NCBI GenBank assembly: GCA_031423635.1
Contig: JANPFX010000077.1
Coordinates: 6,344 to 70,343, forward strand
Reading direction: 5' to 3'
DNA length: 64,000 nt
Origin: Acidimicrobiia bacterium
Lineage (GTDB): Bacteria; Actinomycetota; Acidimicrobiia; Acidimicrobiales; JANYDT01
A program made the position numbers and the translations under genes. Under the pieces are notes generated by a model. It ran no database searches and had not been told where the DNA came from. It saw nothing but the letters and a program-made list of their open reading frames with translations. Of this stretch, positions 20,133 to 29,446 are shown in pieces. Each line of letters begins with the position of its first letter. Positions within the stretch are counted from its first letter, which is position 1.

Positions 20133-21212
20133 TCAGGGACGCCACCCAACCGCGGCAAAACCCGACACGGCGGTCACCGGCCACACGGAGCGGACGTCGG
20201 CGGTCATGGACGGTCCCAACCGCAACCTGCGGAGCTCCCCGCCACGCGTGCAGGCGAGAAGGAGGTCGCCGGTGGCGGTCCACGCTCCGAACCGGGCACC
20301 GCAACCGGGTGTCGCCCAACGACGAGTCTCTCCCTCGGAAGTGACGCCGACGAGTTCGTCGGTCCCACGACTGATCACGACCACCATCGGGCCAGTTCCG
20401 GTGGCGGCATCAGGCCGGACGACCACGTCGGCCGGCGTGGACCCGTCGAGCGCGATCCGACGCACGAGGGACAGCCGACCTTTGTCGAAGCTCCACCACG
20501 AGAGGCCTCCCCGCAACTCCTCGGAGACGACGAGGGTGAACGGGTCGGCGAACACCGCAGTCCTCGGTCCGGTGCCGGCGGGAAGCCGCTCGGTGCGAAG
20601 GAGGCCGAGAGTGCGTGCATCGAAGACATGCAGCGAATCCGTGCCGAGATCGGCAACGACCAGGTAGCGATCGTCGGTCGAGACGGCGATCGAATGCGCA
20701 TGGGGACCCAGCTGCCGCCTGGGGTCGGGGCCTCGGCCGACGGGGAGGAGGACACGTTTCGCCGCCTTGGGCACTCCTCGTTCGTCGAGGATGACCCGGG
20801 TGATGCTGCCGTCGGTGTAACCGGCGACAAAAGCCGTTCGGCCCTTGGAATCGAGTGCGATGTGGACCGGACCGGTCCCGGTCGCCGCCCTTCCTATCTC
20901 CCGCCATTCCTTCGCCGTCGGCGTGATGGCGACCAGCACGCGATTCGCAGGTCCCGACTCCTTCGTGACGTAGAACACCGGGAGGGTCGGATGGGCGACC
21001 ACGTAGGTCAGCCCCGAGAGCCCGCCGACGGTGGGTGAGACACTGCCATCCGCTCCGAGGCTCAACGGGCCGGATGCTCGGGGTGAGACAGCGAGAACGA
21101 CATCCGCTGGCGTCTCGGCGGGTGATGCGCCGGGAGCGCTCGGCGCCGCGAAAACGGCGGACGCCAGGCAGACGGCCCCAAGGAGGCCCGTCCTCCCCAC
21201 TCCGCGCACCAT
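20133..21212 (-). CDS. secreted beta-propeller lactonase-family protein
   Basis: Signal peptide MVRGVGRTGLLGAVCLASAVFAAPSA, followed by repeated beta-propeller-like segments. The ATG overlaps the upstream stop (ATGA). Confidence 0.6.
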   Translation of the reverse strand: MVRGVGRTGLLGAVCLASAVFAAPSAPGASPAETPADVVLAVSPRASGPLSLGADGSVSPTVGGLSGLTYVVAHPTLPVFYVTKESGPANRVLVAITPTAKEWREIGRAATGTGPVHIALDSKGRTAFVAGYTDGSITRVILDERGVPKAAKRVLLPVGRGPDPRRQLGPHAHSIAVSTDDRYLVVADLGTDSLHVFDARTLGLLRTERLPAGTGPRTAVFADPFTLVVSEELRGGLSWWSFDKGRLSLVRRIALDGSTPADVVVRPDAATGTGPMVVVISRGTDELVGVTSEGETRRWATPGCGARFGAWTATGDLLLACTRGGELRRLRLGPSMTADVRSVWPVTAVSGFAAVGWRP

Positions 21213-22420
21213 CAGCGTTCCTTGAGGCTCACGATGAGGTTGTTGCGGTCGTCGGCGACGAGCAGTGAGCCGTCCGGCATCGGAATCACCCCGACCGGTC
21301 CGCCCAGGTTCTGGGTCTCGTCGTTGGCCAGATCCTTTTCGCCCCAGTCGTCGATCACGGCGATGGGATCACCGACCGGACGGCCCTGCGCGTCGACATC
21401 GAAGGAGATGAGGCGATGCCCGGTGTCGCGGTAGCCGTGGAGGGACACGATCAACCGGCCGGCGAACTTTGCCGGGGCGTTCGGTCCGGTCCAGTACGTG
21501 AGCCCGAGCGGTGCACTGTGCGCGGGCAGAAGGCGGAAGGGCTTCGTGGTCTGCCCGCAGGCGAACGTGCGGAACTCGGGTGACGGGACCGCGTTGTCGT
21601 AGCAGTGGGGCCAGCCGTAGTCGTTCACCGTGGTGCGATCGAGCACGTTCAGCTCATCGTGCGGGAGTGTCTCGTCGTCGAGCTTCGGATCGGCCGCCGT
21701 TATGTCGTCGCGTCCATTCTCGACCTGCACCAGCGTCCCCGAGCTGTGCTCGGCGAAACCCATGGAGTTCCGCAACCCGCGGGCGACGAGAGTCCACGCA
21801 CCGACGCGACCTTCGGGCCACGTCATCGCGTAGCGGCGGACCACTGCCACCGCGTCGCGCCCGATCGCCGCCGGGCAGGCCGGCCGACCCTTGGACTTCT
21901 CGCAGTTGTTGGTGTCGGACCCGAGGCTGACCAGAAGCGAGCGATCCCGGGTGAAGAGGAGCTGGGTCAGCGGATGCAGACCGCGGGCGGGGAGGCGGGG
22001 TGTCGACGAGCGGCCCCCGATCACGTCATCGCGCGCCGGCTTGTCGAGCGTCGGGTCGAAGCGGAACACCGAGCCGGCAACGCCGACGTAGGCCTTGTTG
22101 TCGGGGCCCAGCGCCAGGCCGAACGGTCGGTCGAGGCCGGAGAACACGACGGTGCGTCGCCACACTCCTGCGCTGTTTCGGTCCAGGCGGGAAAGCCGGC
22201 CCTGGCCCTTCGTCCAGCTGAACTCGGTCACGAGGATCCGGGCATCGCTCATGGCGAGGAGTCCGCGGGGGGCGCGAAGTCCGGACGCGACAACGGCCAT
22301 CTTCAGCGACGGATGGACGCGCACGTCAAGCCTTCCCGGCCCTTCGGCGGAAGCCGACCCGGCCAGCGCGGCGACAGACATCGCCGCGCCGACGACCGCG
22401 GCGGTCGCCGCCTTCCTCAC
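21212..22420 (-). CDS. PQQ-dependent sugar dehydrogenase (soluble glucose/sorbosone dehydrogenase family)
   Basis: GLRNSMGF, HGYRDTGHR and DGSLLVADD segments, with a signal peptide VRKAATAAVVGAAMSVAALAGSASA. GTG 22420 overlaps the upstream stop (GTGA). Confidence 0.7.
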   Translation of the reverse strand: MRKAATAAVVGAAMSVAALAGSASAEGPGRLDVRVHPSLKMAVVASGLRAPRGLLAMSDARILVTEFSWTKGQGRLSRLDRNSAGVWRRTVVFSGLDRPFGLALGPDNKAYVGVAGSVFRFDPTLDKPARDDVIGGRSSTPRLPARGLHPLTQLLFTRDRSLLVSLGSDTNNCEKSKGRPACPAAIGRDAVAVVRRYAMTWPEGRVGAWTLVARGLRNSMGFAEHSSGTLVQVENGRDDITAADPKLDDETLPHDELNVLDRTTVNDYGWPHCYDNAVPSPEFRTFACGQTTKPFRLLPAHSAPLGLTYWTGPNAPAKFAGRLIVSLHGYRDTGHRLISFDVDAQGRPVGDPIAVIDDWGEKDLANDETQNLGGPVGVIPMPDGSLLVADDRNNLIVSLKER

Positions 22421-23058
22421 GCCTGCTTCCCGACGAAGGTCACGCCGGATCCGCCCTCGCTCGACCATTCGCCCACGGGGCTGCGCAGCAAGGTGGTCGT
22501 CGAAGGAACGAGGGCGAGTGCATTGGATCCGGCGAGCCGCAGGGTGCGCGCCCGCCGGTCGGCGAGCCAGGTGTCGCTCCCGGGCAGGATCGCCATGCCG
22601 GTGATGAGTCCCAGTCCGATGGTGAACGCGCCGCCGCGGGGATCGAGCATCGGATCACCGAGCGCCGATGCGGCGCCGCCCTCGGCGATGATCGGGACAC
22701 CGCGGGCGAATGCATCGAGCACCGCGGACCAGGCGGGCGACCCCGCCATCACCGATCGGAGATGGAGCGGCTGGCCGCCGGTGAACAGGAGTGCCTCGGC
22801 CGACGCGATCACCGCCACGTGCTCGGGGTCATAGGCATCGTGGCGAGTGAGCACCCCGCTCGTGACGACCGTGACGCCGAGGGGGGCGAACCATTCGGCG
22901 GCCGACATGGTTGCTGCGGTGGGGTCCTCGAACGCTGCGGCGGTCGGCACGACGGAGAGCGTACGTGCCGTGCCCAGTACGCGCCGGGCGACGTCTGTGC
23001 TGGCCAGCCACCCCGAACCTCCGTGCAGGGCCAGCCATCCGGTCGTTGCTGCGTTCAC
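22417..23058 (-). CDS. peptidase S51 / cyanophycinase-like (type 1 glutamine amidotransferase-like fold) protein
   Basis: 213 aa with LLFTGGQP and IIAEGGAASALG segments resembling S51. Assignment is at family level only. Confidence 0.45.
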   Translation of the reverse strand: MNAATTGWLALHGGSGWLASTDVARRVLGTARTLSVVPTAAAFEDPTAATMSAAEWFAPLGVTVVTSGVLTRHDAYDPEHVAVIASAEALLFTGGQPLHLRSVMAGSPAWSAVLDAFARGVPIIAEGGAASALGDPMLDPRGGAFTIGLGLITGMAILPGSDTWLADRRARTLRLAGSNALALVPSTTTLLRSPVGEWSSEGGSGVTFVGKQA

Positions 23059-23158
23059 CCGAGCCTCCTTGTTTGGTGCGTCGCCGACTTCACGCGAAGC
23101 GTTTTGGGTACGCGTCTCGACTTGCGGGACGTTAGTGCCTCGCGTCTACGGTTCCCTG

Positions 23159-24070
23159 ATGGCAACAGCACCCGAGACCACCGCGACTTCCGAGGACTCG
23201 GCGCAACCGTCGGGCTTGCGAACGGTCGGAATCGTCGGTTCCGGCATCATGGGCGCGGGCGTGGCTGAGGTTGTCGCCCGGGCCGGGTTCGACGTCATCG
23301 TCGCCTCGCGGAGCCAGGAACGGGCCGACGAGACTGCAGCGTCCTTCGCGTCGTCACTGAACCGGCAGGTCGAGCGGGGCAAGCTCACCCTCGACGAACG
23401 TGACGCTGCGCGGGCCCGCCTCTCGACGACCAACGACATGCACAACCTTGTGGGATGCGATCTCGTTCTCGAGTCGATCGTCGAGGACCTCGAGCGCAAG
23501 CGTGACGTCTTCGGGGTGCTCGACGAGGTGTGCCAACCCGGTGCGATCCTGGCCACCAACACCTCGACGCTGCCGGTGGTCGAGCTCGCCATGCGGACCA
23601 AGCGGCCTCAGTTGGTGTGCGGGATCCACTTCTTCAACCCGGCCCCGGCGATGTCACTTGTCGAGGTTGTCAACCAGATCACCGCCGCGCCGACAACCGT
23701 CGCCCGGGCACAGGCGTTTGCCCGTGAGTGCGGGAAGGACCCCGTGGTGGTCAAGGACCGGGCCGGGTTCATCGTCAACGCCCTGCTCTTCCCGTACCTG
23801 AACAACGCGGTGCGCCTGCTGGAGAACGGCGTCGCCGGCCGCGACGACATGGACAAGGCGATGAAGGGCGGCTGCGGGTTCCCGATGGGGCCGTTCGCCC
23901 TCCTCGACCTGGTCGGCATCGATACGAGCGTGGCCATCCTCGAAGCCCTTTTCACCGAGACCCGTGACCCTCACGTGTCACCCCAGCCGCTGCTGCGTCG
24001 CATGGTCACGGCGAACATGCTCGGACGCAAGACCGGCGTCGGGTTCTACGAGTACCCCAAACGCTCGTAG
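23159..24070 (+). CDS. 3-hydroxybutyryl-CoA / 3-hydroxyacyl-CoA dehydrogenase
   Basis: VGIVGSGIMGAGVAEV Rossmann motif, NTSTLPV, HFFNPAP and GFIVNALL segments. ATG 23159 is in frame with ORF 22847..24070. Confidence 0.9.
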   Translation: MATAPETTATSEDSAQPSGLRTVGIVGSGIMGAGVAEVVARAGFDVIVASRSQERADETAASFASSLNRQVERGKLTLDERDAARARLSTTNDMHNLVGCDLVLESIVEDLERKRDVFGVLDEVCQPGAILATNTSTLPVVELAMRTKRPQLVCGIHFFNPAPAMSLVEVVNQITAAPTTVARAQAFARECGKDPVVVKDRAGFIVNALLFPYLNNAVRLLENGVAGRDDMDKAMKGGCGFPMGPFALLDLVGIDTSVAILEALFTETRDPHVSPQPLLRRMVTANMLGRKTGVGFYEYPKRS

Positions 24071-24285
24071 GTCTTTGCCGCGGCCTCCGATCTGGCCCGC
24101 GTCACCGCCGGCGGTCCGCCGCACATCGGTCGGGCTGTGCCGCACAACCCACCGAAACACCCCTTCTTGCGCAGCATTTAGCCGATGTGCGGCACAGCAC
24201 CCGTGTGGTGCGGCAGAGCGGGTTGGATGTGTGGCGGTATCGGCCGGACACGACAGCGTGCTGCGGCAGTATCGTCGTCCGGGCG

Positions 24286-27200
24286 ATGGAATGTGGTCAC
24301 TGCCGGTCGGAGAACCCCGCCAACTTTCGACATTGTGGATCGTGCGGACAGCGTCTGGCAGCGACGCCCTGCGACGCGTGTGGCTTCGTCACTCCGGTGC
24401 CCTTTTCGTTCTGCGGGAACTGCGGGACCGCCCTCGACCTGCACCGGGCGAGCTCCCCCGAGGAACGCCGCCTGGTCACGGTGCTCTTTGCCGACGTCGT
24501 GGGCTTCACCAAGCTGGCCGATGACACCGACCCCGAAGACATCGCCCGGGTGATCGACGCGGCCTTCCGCCAGCTCAGCGATGTCGTCGCCGACCATGGC
24601 GGCACCATCGACAAGTACATCGGCGACTCGCTCATGGCGGTGTTCGGACTGGCCCAGGTGCACGAGGACGATGCCGAACGCGCCGTCGCTGCTGCCCTTG
24701 CCATGCAGCGGACCGATACCGGGCTCGGATTCGCCATCGGGGTCAATACCGGCGAGGTCATGGCCACGGCGCTCGCCGGCGGGTCGGTCACCGTGATGGG
24801 TGATCCGGTGAACGTGGCCGCTCGGCTGGAGAAGGCGGCGAAGGAAGGCGAGGTGTTGGTCGGCCCGGTGACATACGAGCTCACGGCGAGCCGTATCCAC
24901 TACCGCGATCGGCCACCGATGACGCTGAAGGGCAAACGCGAACCCGTCGAGGTGCATCAGGCCATGTCGTTGCGGGCCCAGAGCCTTGCGGTGACGTCTG
25001 AAGTCGTTCCGATGGTCGGCCGCGTCGAGGAGCTCGACTTCTTGCTGTCGCAGTGGAAGCGGGCAGCGTCGCTTCGTCGTCTCGGCACCGTCCTGCTCAC
25101 CGGCGACGCCGGGATCGGCAAGACCCGACTGCTCGACGAACTCATGGAAAGAATCGGCGACGAGGCCCTCGTCATCCGATCGTCGTATCCCCCCTACGGC
25201 GGCGCCGGAGGAGTTCGGGTCGGTGGCGACCTCCTTGCCCAACTCGGTCCGAGCACTGACGAGGCGATCGACCGACGTGTTCGCTCGCTGGGCGGCGACA
25301 TCGATGCGTCGCTTCTCGACATCGACCCGGCGGCGCTGCGCAAGGAACAGGTCTGGGCACTCCGTCGCCTGGCCGAGATGCGCGCCACCGAGCAGCCGAT
25401 CCTGGTCGTGATCGAAGACGTCCACATGGCTTCGACGAGCATCGAGTTCCTGACGAGCTTCATCGCCCAGGTGATCGATCTTCCGATGCTCGTCGTTCTC
25501 GCGGGCCGGCCGGAAGGCCGTTGGCTGACGAGCTTCTCCATGGCCAGCACGTTGCGGCTGCGCGCGCTCACCCTCGAGGGTTCACGGATCCTCGCCCGGC
25601 TCTGGCAGCCTGAGTCGGAGCCCGACCCGGCGCTGTTGGCGTGGGCGGCCGGCAACCCGTTGTTCCTCCGTGAACTCCTGGCGTTCGCCGCTCTCCATGG
25701 GCCGGAGTCGGTGGAGCGCCAGCAGTGGCCGGTGAGCCTGCGCGCCGTGCTCGCCGCCCGCCTCGACACGTTCAGTGCTGCGGAGCGGGCGGCTCTGCAG
25801 GACTTCGCCGTGATCGGTGACACCGCCACGGTGGAGCAGTTGGTCGCGCTCGGCGGATCGAGCATCGCCGAAGGAATCAGCGGCTTGACCAATGCCGGCG
25901 TGGTCCGTCATCGACCCGACGGCACGTTGCGCATCACCGAGCCGCTCCTGCGTGAGGTGGCCTACGAGACGATGCCCCGCACGATTCGCGTGGAGCGGCA
26001 TCGTCGCATGGTGGACCTGTCGACCGATCTCGACGACCGTGCCCGACACCTCAGCCGGGCGAGTGAGCAGGCGCCCGAGGACGTCGAGCTCCGGGCTCGG
26101 GCGGCCGAAGCGCTCGCCGCAGCCGGACTGGAGGCACTCAACCGCTCGCGTCGTCCCGAGGGCATCGCGTCCTTGCGGCAGTCCGTCGCGTTGGGTCAGC
26201 GGGATCCGCACATGCTGCTCGAGTTGTCGCGTGCGCTGATCGAATCGGACAAGGGCGAAGCACGACGGCTGTTGGAGCTCTTCCCCGAGCCGAGCGGTGA
26301 TCAACGTATCGATGCCGAACGGGTTCTCGTACGCGCCAACGCCCTGACCGATGACGACCTCCCGGCAGCGCTCGTGGCCTTCGACGATGCCGCGGAAAGG
26401 TGGTCGGCGATCGGAGACCGGGTCAAGGAGGCATGGTCGCATTCGAACAAGGGCGTCGCGCTGGCGCTCGGCGGACGGATGGGCGAGGCGGATGGAGAGT
26501 TGGTGAAGGGGCTCGACTTGTTCCGCGCCGAGTCGAACCGTTCCGGCGAGCTGGCGACCGTCAGCTTTCGGGCACTGGTGCGACCCGATCATCCGGATGT
26601 GGAGACCTGGCTGCAGGACGGACTGGCTTACGCACTCGAGCTGGGTGATCGGTCGAAGCATGTGGCCGCCCTCACGGCCTTGCAGTGGCACAGCTTCCTG
26701 ACCACCCGCCTCGGCGGGTCCGTCGAGACGATGACGGCTCGCTCATGGATCGACGAGCACCTCGCCCTGACGAAGTCGCTGGGTTGGGCCGACTCGATGC
26801 TGCAGGGCCTTTGCCTGAAGGCAAGTCTTCTGCGCAACGACGGCGACGTCGTGGGTGCCCGGGCTGCGGCCGAGGAAGCGCATGCCGTCAGCACACATAG
26901 TTCGTCGGGAGAGCGGGCGCTGCTTGCGGCCGTCGACGCGTCGCTTGATCCGGGTCGTCCGTTCCGGCGGATCGATGGGATTGATCCGTTCTCGTCCCTG
27001 GCCCTCGTGATCCAGATGGAGACGGCGCTGTTCGAAGGGCGTTTCGCCGAACTGTTCGAGTCGAACTTCGTCCCCGGACACGATGGGCTCGGCCGCCATC
27101 AGGCGATCGTCGGATACGTACCGGCGGCGGCCGGCCTGGCGTCGATCGGAGACCTCGACGGTGCCGAGCGCCTGGCCAGCCTGGTCATCGACTCGGCCAA

Positions 27201-27447
27201 CCGCTCACGTCGTGAGCTGCCGAGGATCGCCGCCGAGGCCATCCTGGCGGAGTGCCGTATTCGGCGCGGTGATCACGTCGAGGTCGCGGCGCCGACGATG
27301 GGTGGGCTCGCCGGAGCGCTCGTGCTCCGCGCCCAGGCGTGGGCGGAAGTGCCCGGGGCGCATGAAGCATTGGCCGCCGTCGCTAACCGCCTTCGGGCGC
27401 CGGGGCTGATTGCCGACATCGACGAGATCGTCGGTGCGATTCGTTGA
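24286..27447 (+). CDS. zinc-ribbon + class III adenylate/guanylate cyclase + AAA/STAND ATPase + helical-repeat regulator
   Basis: N-terminal CxxC pairs (CGHC..CGSC..CDAC..CGNC). Cyclase core VTVLFADVVGFT...GDSLMAVFG...GVNTGEV. P-loop LLTGDAGIGKTRL. Long alpha-helical C-terminus without an obvious LuxR HTH. Confidence 0.8.
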   Translation: MECGHCRSENPANFRHCGSCGQRLAATPCDACGFVTPVPFSFCGNCGTALDLHRASSPEERRLVTVLFADVVGFTKLADDTDPEDIARVIDAAFRQLSDVVADHGGTIDKYIGDSLMAVFGLAQVHEDDAERAVAAALAMQRTDTGLGFAIGVNTGEVMATALAGGSVTVMGDPVNVAARLEKAAKEGEVLVGPVTYELTASRIHYRDRPPMTLKGKREPVEVHQAMSLRAQSLAVTSEVVPMVGRVEELDFLLSQWKRAASLRRLGTVLLTGDAGIGKTRLLDELMERIGDEALVIRSSYPPYGGAGGVRVGGDLLAQLGPSTDEAIDRRVRSLGGDIDASLLDIDPAALRKEQVWALRRLAEMRATEQPILVVIEDVHMASTSIEFLTSFIAQVIDLPMLVVLAGRPEGRWLTSFSMASTLRLRALTLEGSRILARLWQPESEPDPALLAWAAGNPLFLRELLAFAALHGPESVERQQWPVSLRAVLAARLDTFSAAERAALQDFAVIGDTATVEQLVALGGSSIAEGISGLTNAGVVRHRPDGTLRITEPLLREVAYETMPRTIRVERHRRMVDLSTDLDDRARHLSRASEQAPEDVELRARAAEALAAAGLEALNRSRRPEGIASLRQSVALGQRDPHMLLELSRALIESDKGEARRLLELFPEPSGDQRIDAERVLVRANALTDDDLPAALVAFDDAAERWSAIGDRVKEAWSHSNKGVALALGGRMGEADGELVKGLDLFRAESNRSGELATVSFRALVRPDHPDVETWLQDGLAYALELGDRSKHVAALTALQWHSFLTTRLGGSVETMTARSWIDEHLALTKSLGWADSMLQGLCLKASLLRNDGDVVGARAAAEEAHAVSTHSSSGERALLAAVDASLDPGRPFRRIDGIDPFSSLALVIQMETALFEGRFAELFESNFVPGHDGLGRHQAIVGYVPAAAGLASIGDLDGAERLASLVIDSANRSRRELPRIAAEAILAECRIRRGDHVEVAAPTMGGLAGALVLRAQAWAEVPGAHEALAAVANRLRAPGLIADIDEIVGAIR

Positions 27448-27457
27448 GCGCCGTTCG

Positions 27458-27958
27458 ATGAGCGCGAAAGGAACACCGGCGACCCAGGTGGCATCGGCCG
27501 CGGGGCTCGCGTACGCGCTGCATTCCTATGACCACGATCCGGGTGCTGCGTCCTACGGCCTCGAAGCGGCGGAGCGCCTCGGCGTGTCACCGAAGCGAGT
27601 CGCCAAGACGCTCGTCGCCTCGGTGGCGCGAAGCAGCCGACCTGAATTGGTTGTCGGTGTTGTGCCGGTCGACGGGCAACTCGACCTCAAGGCACTGGCC
27701 GCCGCGGTTGGCTCGAAGCGCGCCGACATGGCGCCGCCGGGTGATGTCGAACGATCGACCGGATATGTGCTCGGCGGCGTGTCGCCGCTCGGACAGCGCA
27801 GGAAGCTCTCGACGGTGATCGATGCGTCGTTGATCGAGCACGCCACGGTGTTCGTCTCGGCGGGGAGACGGGGCCTCGAGATCGAGCTATCGCCGATTGA
27901 TCTCGTCAACGTGTCATCGGCAATGGTCGCCCCGATCGTGACGTACGTCCAGCGGTAG
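27458..27958 (+). CDS. ybaK: Cys-tRNA(Pro)/Cys-tRNA(Cys) deacylase YbaK family
   Basis: 166 aa with KTLVA, GYVLGGVSPLG and VFVSAG segments typical of YbaK/ProX editing domains. Confidence 0.75.
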   Translation: MSAKGTPATQVASAAGLAYALHSYDHDPGAASYGLEAAERLGVSPKRVAKTLVASVARSSRPELVVGVVPVDGQLDLKALAAAVGSKRADMAPPGDVERSTGYVLGGVSPLGQRRKLSTVIDASLIEHATVFVSAGRRGLEIELSPIDLVNVSSAMVAPIVTYVQR

Positions 27959-27965
27959 GCGACCG

Positions 27966-27986
27966 TAACCGACGCTGCGTCGGTTA
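27966..27986. promoter_or_regulatory. perfect palindrome, candidate TetR operator
   Basis: TAACCGACG-CTG-CGTCGGTTA lies 12 nt upstream of the TetR-family start codon. Confidence 0.4.
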
Positions 27987-27997
27987 AGATCGCTCTT

Positions 27998-28627
27998 ATG
28001 CAGCGAGCGCGATCACCGGAGGCGAAGACGATCCGCCTTGTCGCGATCCTTGACGCGACTGCCCGCTGTTTCGACGAGGTCGGACCCGACCTCACGCTTG
28101 ACCAGGTTGCCACTGCCGCCGGTCTGACACGAACGACGCTCTACGGTTACGCAGTGACCCGTGAAGAGCTTCTCCTGCTTCTCACCGCACGCGAGCTCGA
28201 CGGCTTCTTCGACGCCCTTGCGCTCGGCATACGACGCCGGCGCAGTGCGAACGGAGTCGCCCGTCTCTTTGCCGAAGCCGTCATCGAACGTCCGCGCCTG
28301 GCGCCGCTGCTGGCGTCGTGCAGCGTCGTGTTCGAGCGGAACATCTCCCTCGGCGCAGCCGTCACCTGGAAGCAGCATCTTCATGATCAACTGCTCGCCA
28401 CCGGCGCGCACATCGATTCGGCCCTGCGGCTCGACGAAGGTTCGGGGGCCCGCTTCGTGCTCCACGTGCACGCTGTCGTCACCGGGCTGCACGGTGTCGC
28501 GTTTCCACCCGAGGTTGCCGCCAAGGCCATCACTGACGCTGGGCTCGACGCTCTGCGCGTGGACTTCGCTGACGAACTGATCGTCTCGCTCACCGCCCTG
28601 GCCGGGGCACTTCTCACCGCGTCGTGA
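27998..28627 (+). CDS. TetR-family transcriptional regulator
   Basis: N-terminal HTH LTLDQVATAAGLTRTTLYGYA. Length is 209 aa. Confidence 0.85.
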   Translation: MQRARSPEAKTIRLVAILDATARCFDEVGPDLTLDQVATAAGLTRTTLYGYAVTREELLLLLTARELDGFFDALALGIRRRRSANGVARLFAEAVIERPRLAPLLASCSVVFERNISLGAAVTWKQHLHDQLLATGAHIDSALRLDEGSGARFVLHVHAVVTGLHGVAFPPEVAAKAITDAGLDALRVDFADELIVSLTALAGALLTAS

Positions 28628-28651
28628 TTCACCACGACCGAAAGGAACATC

Positions 28652-29446
28652 ATGAACACCCCCACCCGTCCGCTTGCCGTCGTCACCGGTGCCTCCGGTG
28701 GCATCGGCGAAGAACTCGCGCGTGAGCTCGGCGCGAAGGGCCACGATCTCGTGCTGGTCGCCCGCTCCACCGGGAAGCTCGAGGCGCTCGCAGACGGTCT
28801 TTCGTCCAAGCACGGGGTGGCGGTGCACGTGCTCACCGCCGACCTTGGCCACGTCGGCGCCGGACACGCGCTCGCCGCGGAGCTTGCCGCGAAAGGCCTT
28901 GACATCGACGTGCTCGTCAACAACGCCGGCTTCGCCGATTTCGGTGAGATGTGGAAAGCCGATGCAGCCAAGCTCGACTCGATGATCGCGCTGAACATGG
29001 CCGTCCTCACCGAGCTCATGCACGACCTCATCCCGGCGATGGTGGCGCGTGGCCGAGGCCGGATCATGAACGTAGCGTCGACTGCGGCGTTCTTCCCTGG
29101 CCCGTTGATGGGGGTGTACTACGCCACCAAGGCGTATGTGCTCAGCCTCAGCGAGGCCACGCACGAGGAACTCAAGGGCACGGGCGTCACCGTCACCGCG
29201 CTGTGTCCGGGGCCGACCCAATCGGGTTTCCAGGCTGCCGCGGCGATGGAGAACTCCAAGCTGGTGAAAGGGCGCAAGATGCCGACGGCACAGCACGTCG
29301 CCGAGCTCGGTGTCGCAGCAATGCTCAAGGGCAAGCCGGTCTTCGTGATCGGAGCCAAGAACAAGCTGTCCGTCCTGAGCCCCCGCTTCATGCCGCGCTC
29401 GATGGTCCCCGGCATGGTCAAGCGAGCCCAGGCTGCGTCGCACTGA
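28652..29446 (+). CDS. SDR-family oxidoreductase
   Basis: TGASGGIG cofactor motif, NNAG, and the YxxxK catalytic pair (YYATKAY). Confidence 0.9.
   Translation: MNTPTRPLAVVTGASGGIGEELARELGAKGHDLVLVARSTGKLEALADGLSSKHGVAVHVLTADLGHVGAGHALAAELAAKGLDIDVLVNNAGFADFGEMWKADAAKLDSMIALNMAVLTELMHDLIPAMVARGRGRIMNVASTAAFFPGPLMGVYYATKAYVLSLSEATHEELKGTGVTVTALCPGPTQSGFQAAAAMENSKLVKGRKMPTAQHVAELGVAAMLKGKPVFVIGAKNKLSVLSPRFMPRSMVPGMVKRAQAASH

Noticed and set aside
24286-27447. Cyclase-STAND protein as a Pycsar-, CBASS- or Avs-like antiphage system.
   Set aside because: No effector or cNMP-receptor gene is adjacent, since the neighbours are hbd and ybaK. The architecture matches the common actinobacterial regulatory cyclase-ATPase family.
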